Origin: Planctomycetota bacterium
GTDB taxonomy: Bacteria > Planctomycetota > GCA-002687715 > DRQF01
Assembly (NCBI GenBank): GCA_036479435.1
Contig: JAZGFI010000113.1
Location: 25,689 to 89,688, forward strand
DNA: 64,000 bases
Direction of reading: 5' to 3'
Positions 42,436 to 53,200 of the stretch are shown one piece after another; within the stretch, counting starts at the first letter, position 1; every line of letters starts with the position of its first letter. A program made the position numbers and the translations under genes. The notes beneath the pieces were generated by a model. That model saw nothing but the letters and a program-made list of their open reading frames with translations. It was not told where the DNA came from and did not search any database.

Positions 42436-42463
42436 ATTTGGCCTTCCCGCAATCGATATCGAT

Positions 42464-42504
42464 GCGCCTCGAGGATGCAACCCGCATTCTCGGGGCGCTT
42501 TTTT
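42464..42504 (+). terminator. Rho-independent terminator
   Basis: GCGCCTCGAGGATGC..GCATTCTCGGGGCGC + T-run. Confidence 0.8.
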
Positions 42505-42533
42505 GTCGGGTTTCTATTCAGGGCGGTCAAACG

Positions 42534-42561
42534 CCAAGCTTTGCGGTTTTCTGGCCGATAT
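42534..42561 (+). promoter_or_regulatory. Candidate sigma28-like promoter CCAAG-N15-GCCGATAT
   Basis: Directly after a terminator, upstream of the dual kinase. Confidence 0.55.
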
Positions 42562-42742
42562 CAAGACAGTGACGAGTCCTAGTGGCTAGGGCTAGCGGGT
42601 CGCTTTCGGGGGCCCCTTTGTTTATCCTTCGGAGTGGGAGTGGGTTCGCCTAGCTGGCGAAAACCCTTGCTGCGCCAACACTAAGAGCCACCCGCCGCCT
42701 CAAGTTAAGAGCGGTGGCAACAAAGCACAGGGACGACGATTC

Positions 42743-45700
42743 ATGGCAGATGACGCCAAGAGTGGTGAAGAGCATCTAGGTCAGATCTACGACGGTGACG
42801 AAGGTCGCTATCAGATCCGCGAGATTTTAGGTGCCGGGGGTATGGGCGTGGTCTGTCTAGGGACCGTGGTCGGTACCGACGATAAGGTCGCGGTCAAGTT
42901 TCTGCATCAACATGTTTCTGACGAAAGCACTTCTTCGCGGGAGCGTTTTCGCCGCGAGATGAAGATTCTCCAGGATCTGAAGGCTTTTCGTGGCATCGTC
43001 CAAATTCAGGACATGGGGTCGACGCCGTCCGGCGAGATGTTTCTCGTCATGGAGTACGTCGCCGCGCCGCCGCTGAATCAGATCATTGCCGAGAACCCGA
43101 ATGGGATTCCACAGATTCATGCGGTGCAGATCGCCATCGAGATCTTGCTGGTCTTGGAGCCGATTCACCGCCGCAAGTTTCTGCATCGCGACTTGAAGCC
43201 TCACAACATTTGCGTCTACGACGACCCGCTCGGCGTCCGCCTTTTGGATTTCGGGCTCTCGAAGCCCTACCAAGACGGCGAGGGTTACGCGAAAGTCACC
43301 AAGAGGGTGGGAGGAAAGGCTGCTGAAATCCCGGGTTCACCGCACTACATGGCCGAGGAGCAGTTTCTTCGTCCCAAGGAAGTCGACGAGCGCACGGATC
43401 TTTACGCCGTTGCCATCGTTCTCTACGAAATGATCGCGGGGGTGCCGCCCTTTCGCGGCATCTATCTGCAGGACATTCTCAAGCAGCACCGCGACAAAGA
43501 CCCCGCTCCCATCGAGATGACGGCAGATGGGGGACCGATTTCCTACCGCCTCCAGAATGTGTTGGAGAAAGCGCTAGCCAAAAAGCCGGGGATGCGTTAC
43601 CAAAACGCCTCCGAATTCAAAGAAGACCTGTTCGACGTGCTCAACATGTTGAACAAGGCGCGCCAGCCCAAAAAGTCCCTCGACAACAAATACCGCATCA
43701 TTCGCAAGATCGGAGCCGGCGGTAACTCCGAGGTCTTTGAGGCCGAACACCTCGTAGAAAACGAGATGGTTGCGCTCAAGATCACGCGCGAGGGAAGCAG
43801 CGATTGGGATGAGGAAACCCTCATCAACGAAGCCGATCGAGCGTTGAATCACGACAACATCGTGAAGGTCTTAGAATTCGGGCTCTTTGATTCCAGGCCC
43901 GCCTTGGCCATGGAGCTCGTGCCCGGCGGTACGGTTGAAGAACTCGTCGATCAATACGAAGAAACCGGCATGCCAGAGGGCGTGTTTTTTCGGATCATCA
44001 TCGATGTTTGCCGGGGCCTTCATCACGCACATCAATCGAACATTGTGCACCGGGACGTCAAGCCCGCGAACATGCTGCGAACGCTGGATGGGCGCATCAA
44101 GATCGCCGACTTCGGCATCGCAAAGCGCTTTGATGTAGATGAAGAAGGCGACGATACCGGAGCCAAGAACACTACGCTCGCCAAGGGAACCGCGCCCTAT
44201 ATATCGCCGGAGCAGTGCGATCTGACCGGGCGTGTCGATCGCCGTGCCGACATCTATTCTCTCGGCTGCGTGATGTACGAGCTGCTTTCCGGCCATATGC
44301 CGTTTCGCGACGGTATCTTGATCATGCAGCATTTACAGAGCGATCCGCCACCGCTCAAAGTCAAAGGTGAATACAAAAACGCCGACGCTCTGGTAGCTGT
44401 CGTCGAGCGCGCGATGCGAAAGCGCAAAGACGAGCGCTTTCAGTCGATGAAAGAACTGGCGCAAGAAATTGTTCGTGTCAGCAAACTCAAACCCCAACGC
44501 AAGACTCACAAGGCAACCCCCATTGACACCGGCGTCGCGGCGTTTTTGGAAGAGAAGGGTGAAATTGGTCCGCGTGGCCGTACCGGAACCGCTGAACTAG
44601 CGAACACGGGCGCCGCGGTCTCGCTCAAAAAGCTCCTGGCTTTCGGCCTGCCAGCGGTCGCTCTCCTCGTCGTGGTCCTGGCTTTCGCGCTGAAGGGAGG
44701 CCGTGACGAAGTCAATCCGAATCCAGTCCAAACTCCGGTGGGCGGTGACGAAGATCCGATCGTGGTGGCCCAGCGTGCCGAGTATGAGAGCGCGCAAGCC
44801 CTGCTGGTCAAAGAGGATTTTGCCGAACTCGCTGAGTTGTCGGCGGAAAACCTTCGCAATGAAATGCGCTTCGTTGGTTTTCTGCGTCGGGAACTGCGAG
44901 CGGTGGCTTCAGGCAAGATCTTTCGCCGCATGACCGATCCCAAAGACGCCAAGAGAGCCTTTGATGACGCTCGCGCCGTCGCCGCCGGATGGAGAAACAT
45001 CGCTCCAGACGATGACGCTCCCAAAAAACTCGAGGACTTCTCGAAGGCGGGGCTGACCTTTTTGAAGACCGAGGAGCCCGACGCCCTCGGTTGTCAGGCC
45101 CTCGATCGAGTCGCTGGAGAGCATCTGATCGCGCAGGCCGCAGCCTTATCCGATGAGATCAATGACAAACGTCGGCCCCGTGACTGGGAGGAGTTCGTAA
45201 AAACTAGACAGCAAGCCCTGAGCGCCGACAATGGCCGGGCCCTGGTTGCCCTTTTGGACCGGAGCGACGACAGCGTTCTGCCCGAAGGGAGCGTCGATGC
45301 GATCAAGACTTTCTTAGCGGCCGATCTTGAAGAAACACAATCGGCTCCTATTCGCACTTCGCTTTTCAATCGCCTTCGTCAGCGATTTTTAGCGAGGGCA
45401 CCGAGAGCGAATAGCTCGGCTCTGGCGAAATTTGTCCGCGTTGAGATCTTGCCGGTGCTCGGTGCCGAAGGGATGGAGGCAGCTGAACTCTACGAGCAGC
45501 TATCCTCGCAAGGGCGTAGCGCGGCGGTGGGCAGCCAAGCGACTTCGATTCTAAGTGCTGGCGCCCTAGCCCTGGCTGAGATCGAAGATCTGCCCGAGTT
45601 TCGGCAGTCCATTCAACGAACCCTGGGTGCCTTACCCAGTGATTGGAACAGCGGACTCGACCGGCTCATCGAGGCTGGATTACCTCTCCAGGTGTATGCG

Positions 45701-48070
45701 CCGGTAGTCCGGGAACAGCTTTCCGTAACTTTGCAGTCAGACGCATTTAGGACTCAGGTCACGAAGCGCTTGAGTAGCTCCTCCGACGCTAAGACTGAGG
45801 CGCGGCTTCTCAATGAGGGCTACAAGGTTGTCGCGCAAAAAATCGGGGCGGGCCCGAGGATGCTTGAGTACTGGCGACCCCAAGTCGCCAAGTTTTTGAA
45901 AAGTGACATCGACGAATCTTGGAGTAGCCTCGAAGCCCGCTTGAGAGGCTGGAAGACCGAAGAGGGCGCAGCGCCCGCGACCGATGTCCTCGTGTCATTT
46001 TTTGATGAAATGAATGAGTTTGTCGCTCATTTTCCCGATGCCACGGACCGCGTAAGCCAAGTTCGCGGTGAGGCGACGGCGGTTGTGCGCATTCTGCGCA
46101 ACGACGAACGCTGGTTGTCCTTGATTTATCTATGCCAGCTTTACGAGAATCTCATCGGCAAACCTCAAGAGTTCTTGGCTGAGGGCCGTCGCGAGTACGT
46201 TCGACTCCTGCGTAAATCGAATCTGATCGTGAGCGAAAACTACCGCAAAGGCCTTTCGGCGACTGACGAAGGCCTCAATTTGCAGTGGAGCCAAAACGCG
46301 GCTCGGACCTGCATCGAACTGGTGCTTGAGGTGCCGGAGCTCGAGCGGGAATTGGTCAAACAAGGCCTGATTGAGATCGGAGGTCCGGTGGCGCGCACGG
46401 ATTCCGGGCAGGCTCGTTACACGATCACGATGGCACCAAAGTCGGCGAACGGCGGTTTCGTTGGAGACTCTCCCGCGAAAATCGTACGCGTAAAAGCCGC
46501 TCTGCAATTGATCGTCCGAGGCAGTGAAACGCGTCTGCCCATGAGCGTGACCTACGAGAGCAAGTCTCGCATCAAATTCGATTTGGAAAAACCGATTATC
46601 CGCACTCCGGTGCCGAGCGGCGGTGAATTCAGCGTCGACGTGACCGATGACTCGCCAGCGCCTTCTGGCGGTTTCGCCACCCGCGTCTTTTGCGGTGATC
46701 GCGAACTCCAAGCCCGCCGCCGTCTCAATCGCAATTTTTACGCCTTGAGATTGAACGACTTTGGCAAAGCGGGCTCGACGACGTCCGTACGAGTTGAAGT
46801 CAAGGATGCTGCGGGCAACGCTGCGGCCATGATCTTGCCTGAAGCTACGGTCAGGGCCATGAAGCGGGGTCTCGTCGTCGCGCGGCGTGGGCAACTCGAA
46901 ACTCAGCTTGGCGCTCAGTTTGACGTCTTGGGGCGCAATGCCATGACGGCCAAGGCCCTTTCGGAGATGACGAATTCTCTGAAAGCCGCTGGCAGCTCGG
47001 TCCGTGATTTTGCCACTCACGATGCCGCCGAAGCCCGCACCCTTAGCGAGAGTTTGCTCAGAAAAAGCAACGTCGTGATGACGCGGTGGATGAGTAAATC
47101 TGGGAACAACAAATCGGCCCTAGAGGCGCTCGTTGGTCCCATGCAGGGACTCGTTACCGAAAGCGCCGCGTTCGCATCACAGTTCGGTGCTTCTGATCCC
47201 AATTTGGGACTCAGCGACTCGCTGCGCAATCGCATCAACCTAGCGAACAGCACGGCTTCGGCTAACTTGAGCAATCCCTCGAATGGCGGAAACTCCGGGA
47301 ATTCAGGTAGCTCGGGGAATACTGTTAAGAAGCCTCTCAACGGCGGCAAAGCGGGAGGTGGCAATCGCCCCCGGCCCTTCCAAGGCAAGAACGTCAACGT
47401 GGGGGGCGTCAACTTCATCTTTGTGCGTAGCGGCTCGCGGGGCGTTTGGATTGCCGATCGCGAGGTCAGCGTCGACTTCGCCCAACGTTACCTCCCTTCT
47501 GCGAAAGACGATGCGCGCAACATCGCCAGTCGTAACTTCAAATGGCACAAATGGCGACTGGCCGGAAACGTTCCCCTCGCACCCATGTCTTTTGCGATGG
47601 CCAAGAAGCTCATCATCAAGCTCAATGCCGCACTGAAGGGTGACGCGACGAGCAAGTGTGGAGTCGCCGTTGAGTTTGCGATTCCGACCCACGAACAGTG
47701 GAAAGCAGCGGGGCGATATCAACTCGGTGGAAAGGCCAGGGGCCTTGCATCGGGTACTTCCCGAGTGCCGAGTGAGTACAAACCCAAAAGACTCGCGGCC
47801 AAGAACCCAGACTACTACCGTCAGTTGAAGCCAACGGGCGCAGACCCTTACGCAAAGGGCAAGTTTAACTTCCTATCCGGCAACGCTAGTGAGATTGTCC
47901 GCAGCGGCCGAGGCTACGCCGCGGTTGGCGGAGACTTCTTTTCCGCCCGTGCCGGAAATGCTGAAAAGGCCCTCGATATTGGCACCACTCCCAATCCAGG
48001 GACGAGGCTGAACCAGGGGAAACCAGCTCTTTGGCTGTCCGGGCTCCGCTTGGCCATCGTTCCTCGGTAA
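42743..48070 (+). CDS. Transmembrane Ser/Thr kinase with two tandem kinase domains and C-terminal FGE/SUMF1-like domain
   Basis: GAGGMG-VAVK-HRDLKPHN-DFG and GAGGNS-VALK-HRDVKPAN-DFG; TM near aa 635-652; VEVKDAAGN; IPTHEQW..GNASE..GGDF..GLRL. Confidence 0.92.
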   Translation: MADDAKSGEEHLGQIYDGDEGRYQIREILGAGGMGVVCLGTVVGTDDKVAVKFLHQHVSDESTSSRERFRREMKILQDLKAFRGIVQIQDMGSTPSGEMFLVMEYVAAPPLNQIIAENPNGIPQIHAVQIAIEILLVLEPIHRRKFLHRDLKPHNICVYDDPLGVRLLDFGLSKPYQDGEGYAKVTKRVGGKAAEIPGSPHYMAEEQFLRPKEVDERTDLYAVAIVLYEMIAGVPPFRGIYLQDILKQHRDKDPAPIEMTADGGPISYRLQNVLEKALAKKPGMRYQNASEFKEDLFDVLNMLNKARQPKKSLDNKYRIIRKIGAGGNSEVFEAEHLVENEMVALKITREGSSDWDEETLINEADRALNHDNIVKVLEFGLFDSRPALAMELVPGGTVEELVDQYEETGMPEGVFFRIIIDVCRGLHHAHQSNIVHRDVKPANMLRTLDGRIKIADFGIAKRFDVDEEGDDTGAKNTTLAKGTAPYISPEQCDLTGRVDRRADIYSLGCVMYELLSGHMPFRDGILIMQHLQSDPPPLKVKGEYKNADALVAVVERAMRKRKDERFQSMKELAQEIVRVSKLKPQRKTHKATPIDTGVAAFLEEKGEIGPRGRTGTAELANTGAAVSLKKLLAFGLPAVALLVVVLAFALKGGRDEVNPNPVQTPVGGDEDPIVVAQRAEYESAQALLVKEDFAELAELSAENLRNEMRFVGFLRRELRAVASGKIFRRMTDPKDAKRAFDDARAVAAGWRNIAPDDDAPKKLEDFSKAGLTFLKTEEPDALGCQALDRVAGEHLIAQAAALSDEINDKRRPRDWEEFVKTRQQALSADNGRALVALLDRSDDSVLPEGSVDAIKTFLAADLEETQSAPIRTSLFNRLRQRFLARAPRANSSALAKFVRVEILPVLGAEGMEAAELYEQLSSQGRSAAVGSQATSILSAGALALAEIEDLPEFRQSIQRTLGALPSDWNSGLDRLIEAGLPLQVYAPVVREQLSVTLQSDAFRTQVTKRLSSSSDAKTEARLLNEGYKVVAQKIGAGPRMLEYWRPQVAKFLKSDIDESWSSLEARLRGWKTEEGAAPATDVLVSFFDEMNEFVAHFPDATDRVSQVRGEATAVVRILRNDERWLSLIYLCQLYENLIGKPQEFLAEGRREYVRLLRKSNLIVSENYRKGLSATDEGLNLQWSQNAARTCIELVLEVPELERELVKQGLIEIGGPVARTDSGQARYTITMAPKSANGGFVGDSPAKIVRVKAALQLIVRGSETRLPMSVTYESKSRIKFDLEKPIIRTPVPSGGEFSVDVTDDSPAPSGGFATRVFCGDRELQARRRLNRNFYALRLNDFGKAGSTTSVRVEVKDAAGNAAAMILPEATVRAMKRGLVVARRGQLETQLGAQFDVLGRNAMTAKALSEMTNSLKAAGSSVRDFATHDAAEARTLSESLLRKSNVVMTRWMSKSGNNKSALEALVGPMQGLVTESAAFASQFGASDPNLGLSDSLRNRINLANSTASANLSNPSNGGNSGNSGSSGNTVKKPLNGGKAGGGNRPRPFQGKNVNVGGVNFIFVRSGSRGVWIADREVSVDFAQRYLPSAKDDARNIASRNFKWHKWRLAGNVPLAPMSFAMAKKLIIKLNAALKGDATSKCGVAVEFAIPTHEQWKAAGRYQLGGKARGLASGTSRVPSEYKPKRLAAKNPDYYRQLKPTGADPYAKGKFNFLSGNASEIVRSGRGYAAVGGDFFSARAGNAEKALDIGTTPNPGTRLNQGKPALWLSGLRLAIVPR

Positions 48071-48091
48071 GAAAGCTTCTGCCTAATGGCG

Positions 48092-48131
48092 AAAAAAAAG
48101 GCCGACTCGGTGATACCGAGTCGGCCTTTTT
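48092..48131. terminator. Bidirectional terminator
   Basis: A8-GGCCGACTCGGT-GAT-ACCGAGTCGGCC-T5 between convergent genes. Confidence 0.9.
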
Positions 48132-48154
48132 GCTTTGATGCGATTGCGGCAGAG

Positions 48155-49918
48155 TTAGAAGCGAATCTGGATCTGCGCAAAGATACCGATGGCAATCGAA
48201 GTGTTGAACTTCGCGAAGGGGTTTTCTCCGGCCGGCGGGTTCGATCGTTCAATGATGAAGTCGGCGTGCGGGATGAAAACAGTGGCGTTGAAGAACATCT
48301 CGATTTGGGCGCTGGCCTGGTAGACCGCGTAGAGGTCAACTTCGTGGCCAAGCTGACGGTCATCTAAGAAGATGTTCCCCGCCGAGATGGTCGTAAACCG
48401 TTCACGCGAATGGTTGCGAACCGCGTAAAGGTAGGTCAAGCCGAGCGTCCACTTCTGATCGAGGTCGGGGCTGAACTTGAAGCCAAGGTGGAACACATGG
48501 ATGTTGGTCGCGGGAATAAGATCGATGTTTCCGAAGCGACCGTAGGCGCCGTGACCGTCATGCACGGGTTGGTTGTCATGCCGCGAGATAAACAGCGGCG
48601 AAAAACCCGAAGCAGACTGCGAATCTGGGCCTTCTGAGAAGTAGTAGCCCGCGTGAACGCGTGCGGCGTACTCGTTCAAGAAGGGGAGGTTGTACTCAAC
48701 CAAGAACTCAATGAGCAGGGAATCGAGATCGTTTTCGAGATCGTCTTTTCCGACTTGGTAGGCCACTTCGAGGCTGAAGAAAAAGTTGTCGATAAGCCGG
48801 TCTGAGCGAATCCAAGTGCCAAAAGTGTGGTTTTGACCTTGGATCGAGGAACGGCCAAAAGCATCAATCCCGGGGTCACTCGCCGAGGTCACGTTGTCGG
48901 GTCTGATACCCGAGCCAGCGGAGCGACCATTAAAGTAAAAGTAGTAGACGTCGACGGTGACGGGATCGAGAAGGTCTGAGTTGGCAAAATAGACGCCAAC
49001 CAGTTCATCTTCATCGCCACTCGCTCGAAATTGCGACGCCAAAAGGCCCCCGGTGGCGATCCCCGGGGGGAACTGACCATCTGAAGCGGCTTCTTTGGCG
49101 TAAAACACCGTAGCGCGGGCGTTTCCGAGCGCCTCGACGTTGTAGTCCAATCGGATCGCGTCGTGCACCGTACCCGTGTAAAACTCGTTCGTACCCATGA
49201 TGAGTTTCGAGCCGAGTGTGATCTCCTGGCGTCCGATCTTCAGACCCAAAGAAGGCACGGAAAAGATGTCCTCCAGGCTGATGTAGGCCTGATAAAGGCG
49301 GACTTGATCGAGGTCGTTGTCGCGAGTTGAGAAGTCTCCGATGGAAACGCCTGCAAAAGAGGGGATTGTCTCTGCAGTGTTGTTCGCCGCGCGACCGGAG
49401 GCCTGAATCTCGAACCAGGTGCGAATCTTGGTCTTATTGCCGCCGTCTTCACCGCCCGCTCCAACTCCCCATTCGAAACCTAATCCCAGGTTGAAGCGGA
49501 AATCCAAGCGGAAACCATCGTCGTCGATATCGTTGAGGAGATCGACTGTGTTATGTCGGTAGTCGGCACGCGTACGCCACTCGCCGCCGTAGACGATGTG
49601 GTCGACAAATCCCGCGCCGTCGGGCCGAAGCAAGACGTCGTTGGACAGGTTGCCGTAGGGAGCCCGAAGTCCAAGCTCTTCTTGGATTTCAGCCAGGGCT
49701 GATGCGACTCCGCCTTCGCCACCGCCCTGTTCTAACTCCTCAACGCGGGCATTCAGCGCCGCGTTGTCCTGAACCAGGGATTCGACCTGTTGGATGAGTT
49801 CCTGGAGTCTGTCCATGTCTTGCTGAGCTGAGGCCGCTTGCCCAAGGCCTAAGGCCATGGCTGCGACGACTGCCAACAAGAGTATTCTGCTTCGTCCTCT
49901 CAAGGATCTGTCTCCCAT
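48155..49918 (-). CDS. Outer-membrane beta-barrel (alginate-export/AlgE-like) with N-terminal coiled coil
   Basis: Signal peptide (ASA|Q), coiled coil, GGEWRTR, LYQAYI, KIGRQEI, HDAIRL, GHEVDL, C-terminal IQIRF. Confidence 0.82.
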   Translation of the reverse strand: MGDRSLRGRSRILLLAVVAAMALGLGQAASAQQDMDRLQELIQQVESLVQDNAALNARVEELEQGGGEGGVASALAEIQEELGLRAPYGNLSNDVLLRPDGAGFVDHIVYGGEWRTRADYRHNTVDLLNDIDDDGFRLDFRFNLGLGFEWGVGAGGEDGGNKTKIRTWFEIQASGRAANNTAETIPSFAGVSIGDFSTRDNDLDQVRLYQAYISLEDIFSVPSLGLKIGRQEITLGSKLIMGTNEFYTGTVHDAIRLDYNVEALGNARATVFYAKEAASDGQFPPGIATGGLLASQFRASGDEDELVGVYFANSDLLDPVTVDVYYFYFNGRSAGSGIRPDNVTSASDPGIDAFGRSSIQGQNHTFGTWIRSDRLIDNFFFSLEVAYQVGKDDLENDLDSLLIEFLVEYNLPFLNEYAARVHAGYYFSEGPDSQSASGFSPLFISRHDNQPVHDGHGAYGRFGNIDLIPATNIHVFHLGFKFSPDLDQKWTLGLTYLYAVRNHSRERFTTISAGNIFLDDRQLGHEVDLYAVYQASAQIEMFFNATVFIPHADFIIERSNPPAGENPFAKFNTSIAIGIFAQIQIRF

Positions 49919-50089
49919 TTCCGGCGCGCGAGGCGCGTTTGACCACAATCGAAGCTTCCGAGATCGGACTTGGGGGTCCGACCACATGTTCCTAGGAGAG
50001 GGTTACCATGCCAGCCGTACTCTGTAAAGGCATTTGTGGGCCCTCCACAGCCACTACCGGGCCGCAGAAGCCATGCTCCAAACAGATCT

Positions 50090-50118
50090 TAAGGCTTGAC
50101 CACCTATCTGGCCGATCT
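50090..50118 (+). promoter_or_regulatory. Candidate sigma28-like promoter TAAGG-N16-GCCGATCT
   Basis: Upstream of the fibre gene in the divergent region. Confidence 0.45.
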
Positions 50119-50249
50119 ATAGTCGCAGAGGAACTTGGAAATGGGATCTGTTCGTGTGGGCTGACGATTCTCTAGTCGAGATGAGCGTCACCGCGAAAGC
50201 TCAGGATAGGGGCTGGTTCACGCCCAGGTCTAAGAAGAGGGAAAACATC

Positions 50250-53200
50250 GTGCGCAAAACGCTCCGCGAGTACGGCCAATTGGGCCTTTTGTTCGCTGGC
50301 TTTCTGGCTGGCATCGGACTCGTCGTCACCTGTGGCGGCGGCGGGGGAGGTCTCCAGAGTACACCGACCTCCACCTCCTCCACGATTTCATTCGTGCCCT
50401 TGGATCTGGGCATGTTGGGGATCATGCCGGGCACTCCACTTGACAACGTTGGCGTTCCACCGGTGCTCCGCGGCGTGACAAATGTACAAGATGCGCTCAA
50501 TCGCATTAACGTCATCTTGTCGCCTAGTCTTTCGATCTTGTCAGAAGAATTAGCCAACGACCCCTTGCTTCCCCCGATTATCACGCCGCCGGCGATGGCC
50601 GGTCAGCCCGTAGTGCCCTTGACGTTTTCGCGGGCGCTCGCTGGCCTCGTTCGGTCTGGCAACATTTCGGGTCCCCTGCGCGCCGACATTTCTTTTTCCC
50701 TCTCTTGCGAAAACACGGGAAACCCCGATGGTGCTCGCGTGGCGCGCATCTTTTGCCGCGACCCGGGTGGAAATGCGTCGGGCGTCTTCGAAATCTTTGA
50801 GCCCTTGGTTCCCTCAGGGTCGGGCAACGGAGCTTTGTTGTCTTCGACGATGGGGATGGTGCTTCCCAGTGATATCGTCCGCGTTCGGATCGACGGCGGT
50901 GATCCCTCGATCAGTCTTTTTAGTCCGACGGGTGGCGCAGGCACGCCGCCTACCATCACCTTGCTCGGCAATGGGGGCAACATCGCCGCCAACGGCACGA
51001 TCACCGCGATGGGCTCCATCGCCTCCGGGGCCAATGTCACTGCCGCGGGTAGTGTCTCGGCGACCAACAACCTGATCGCCGGTGGCAATGTGAATGCCGG
51101 TTCCAACGTCAACGCAGGCGGCGATGTGACGGCAAGCAACGATGTCAACGCCGGAAACGATGTAACCGCCGGCGGAAATATCATCGCGACGGGCGATGTG
51201 AACGGCACAAATATCACGGCCAGCGCTGCTCTCAACGGCGCCACGGTCAATGCGACGGGCGACGTGACCGCGGGAGGCAATCTCGTCGGCGGCGATGTGA
51301 ATGCCACCGGCACCGTGACGGCCGCCAACGTGACCGCGAGCGGCACCGTCGCTGCGGCGATGGTGATGGCCGGCGTCGTCACCGGTACCGCGACGGTTAC
51401 TGGCGGCACCGTCAACTCCCTTGGCAACGTTTCGGCGGGCACGGACGTGACGGCCGCCAACAATGTTATGGCTTCGAATAACGTGACGGCGACCAATGAC
51501 GTTATCGCCGGCGGCAACGTCACGGCGGGTGGCAACGTGGTCGCGACCGGCGACGTTAGTGGTGCCAACGTCAACCTCACTGGCGCTCTCAACGCCGACA
51601 GCGCGGTGATCACCAACGGTCTGAGCGCTACGAACGTGACGGCTTCCGGCACGATCAGCGGTGGCGTGGTGGCCACGGGTGGCACCGTGACCGCCAGTGA
51701 CGGTGGAGCGAACAGCGTGATCTTGGACGCCGCGACGGGTAGCGCTACGGCTACTGGCGACATGAGCGCTGCGAACTTCAATGCCACGGGCGATGTCAAC
51801 GCGACGAACCTGACGGTCACCGGCGCGATCATCTCTAGCAACTTCAATGGCGTCACTTCGGTGACGGCGGGTCCGGCGGGCACACCCACCGTGACGCTCG
51901 ACGGCGCGGCGAGTTCAGTGACCGCTGGAAACGACCCCACCGCCGCGGGCCTTAGCATCGGGGCTCGCCTCGACGGCGCAACCGGCTTGGCGACTCTGAA
52001 TTCCGCAACAGCGGCCGCCCTCATGGTCGGCAACGGTACGGTCGTCACCATCGCGGACCAAAGCGTTGATCCGGATGGCGCGCACGCTTTGGTGCGAGCG
52101 GGCGAAAAGGGCGGAGCAGCCCCCGATGGAACTGGTTTCCTCGAGGTACTCGACTCAACTCAAACTTCGGTCATCATGCTCGATTCTGAAGACGGAATGG
52201 TGACGGCAGCCTGCTTTTTGGCGACCGGTGGTGGCGGCCCGCCTTCGATCTTTGGGTCCGTGACCATGACGGACTTGACCATCAACACGACTCTCGATGT
52301 CACCGGGGTCTCAACCTTAACAGGTGCCCTGAACGCCAACGGCGGTGCCGCCGTGACCGGGGGGCTGACCTCCGACACGGTCTCAGCATCTTCAACGATC
52401 ACGGCAATGAACGGTGCCAATTCCGTGACGATGGATGGCTCGAATGGCAACTTGACCGCGACGGGTAACGTGAGCGCGACCGGCGATATGTCGGCCACCA
52501 ACATCACTTTGACTGGTGCGGTGAATACCACGACAGTCGTGGCTTCGGGTGCGGTCATGTCCGCCACCGTCGCCGCAACGGGTGCGGTCAGTGGTGCGAC
52601 TGTCTCTTCGTCGGCTGGCGACATCGCATCAGCTGCTGCGGTCACGGCAACGACTAGCGTCGATGCCACGACGGACGTCACGGCCGGAGGCGATGTCACG
52701 GCGACGGGCGATCTTAACGGCGTCAACGTCAATGCTTCAGGTACGGTCAACGGAGCGATCATCGCTTCGACGGGCGCGGTCACGGGGGCCTCGGTGACGT
52801 CCACCGGAACCGTCACTGGGGCCACGGTGACCTCGACGGGTGCCGTCAGCGGCGCCACGGTCGCGGCCACGGGAGCGGTGACCGGCGGATCTGTGACCTC
52901 GACGGGAACCGTCGCGGGTAACGCCGTCACGAGTACCACGACGATCACCGCGGGTACTGTGGTGCTCGATGCCGCGGGAACGACCGTCGCTATCGGCGCC
53001 AACGTCAACGCGGATGGTAGTGCGGCTGGATCACTGACCGTGGGCGCGGTCGGAACAGCGGTCGCGCTCGACGGTGTCGCCGGCAGCATTACTGCAGATG
53101 GCGACATCTTCTCGGGCGGCACGATCACCTCGACGGTTGACTTTGTTGCCTTGGGATTGAAGAGCTTCATCCAACCGCACCCCTACGATCCGGCGCTCGA

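Noticed and set aside
50603..53170. Long antisense ORFs (482 and 336 aa) opposite the fibre gene
   Set aside because: Shadow of the repetitive G/A/T/V/N codons; no independent signals
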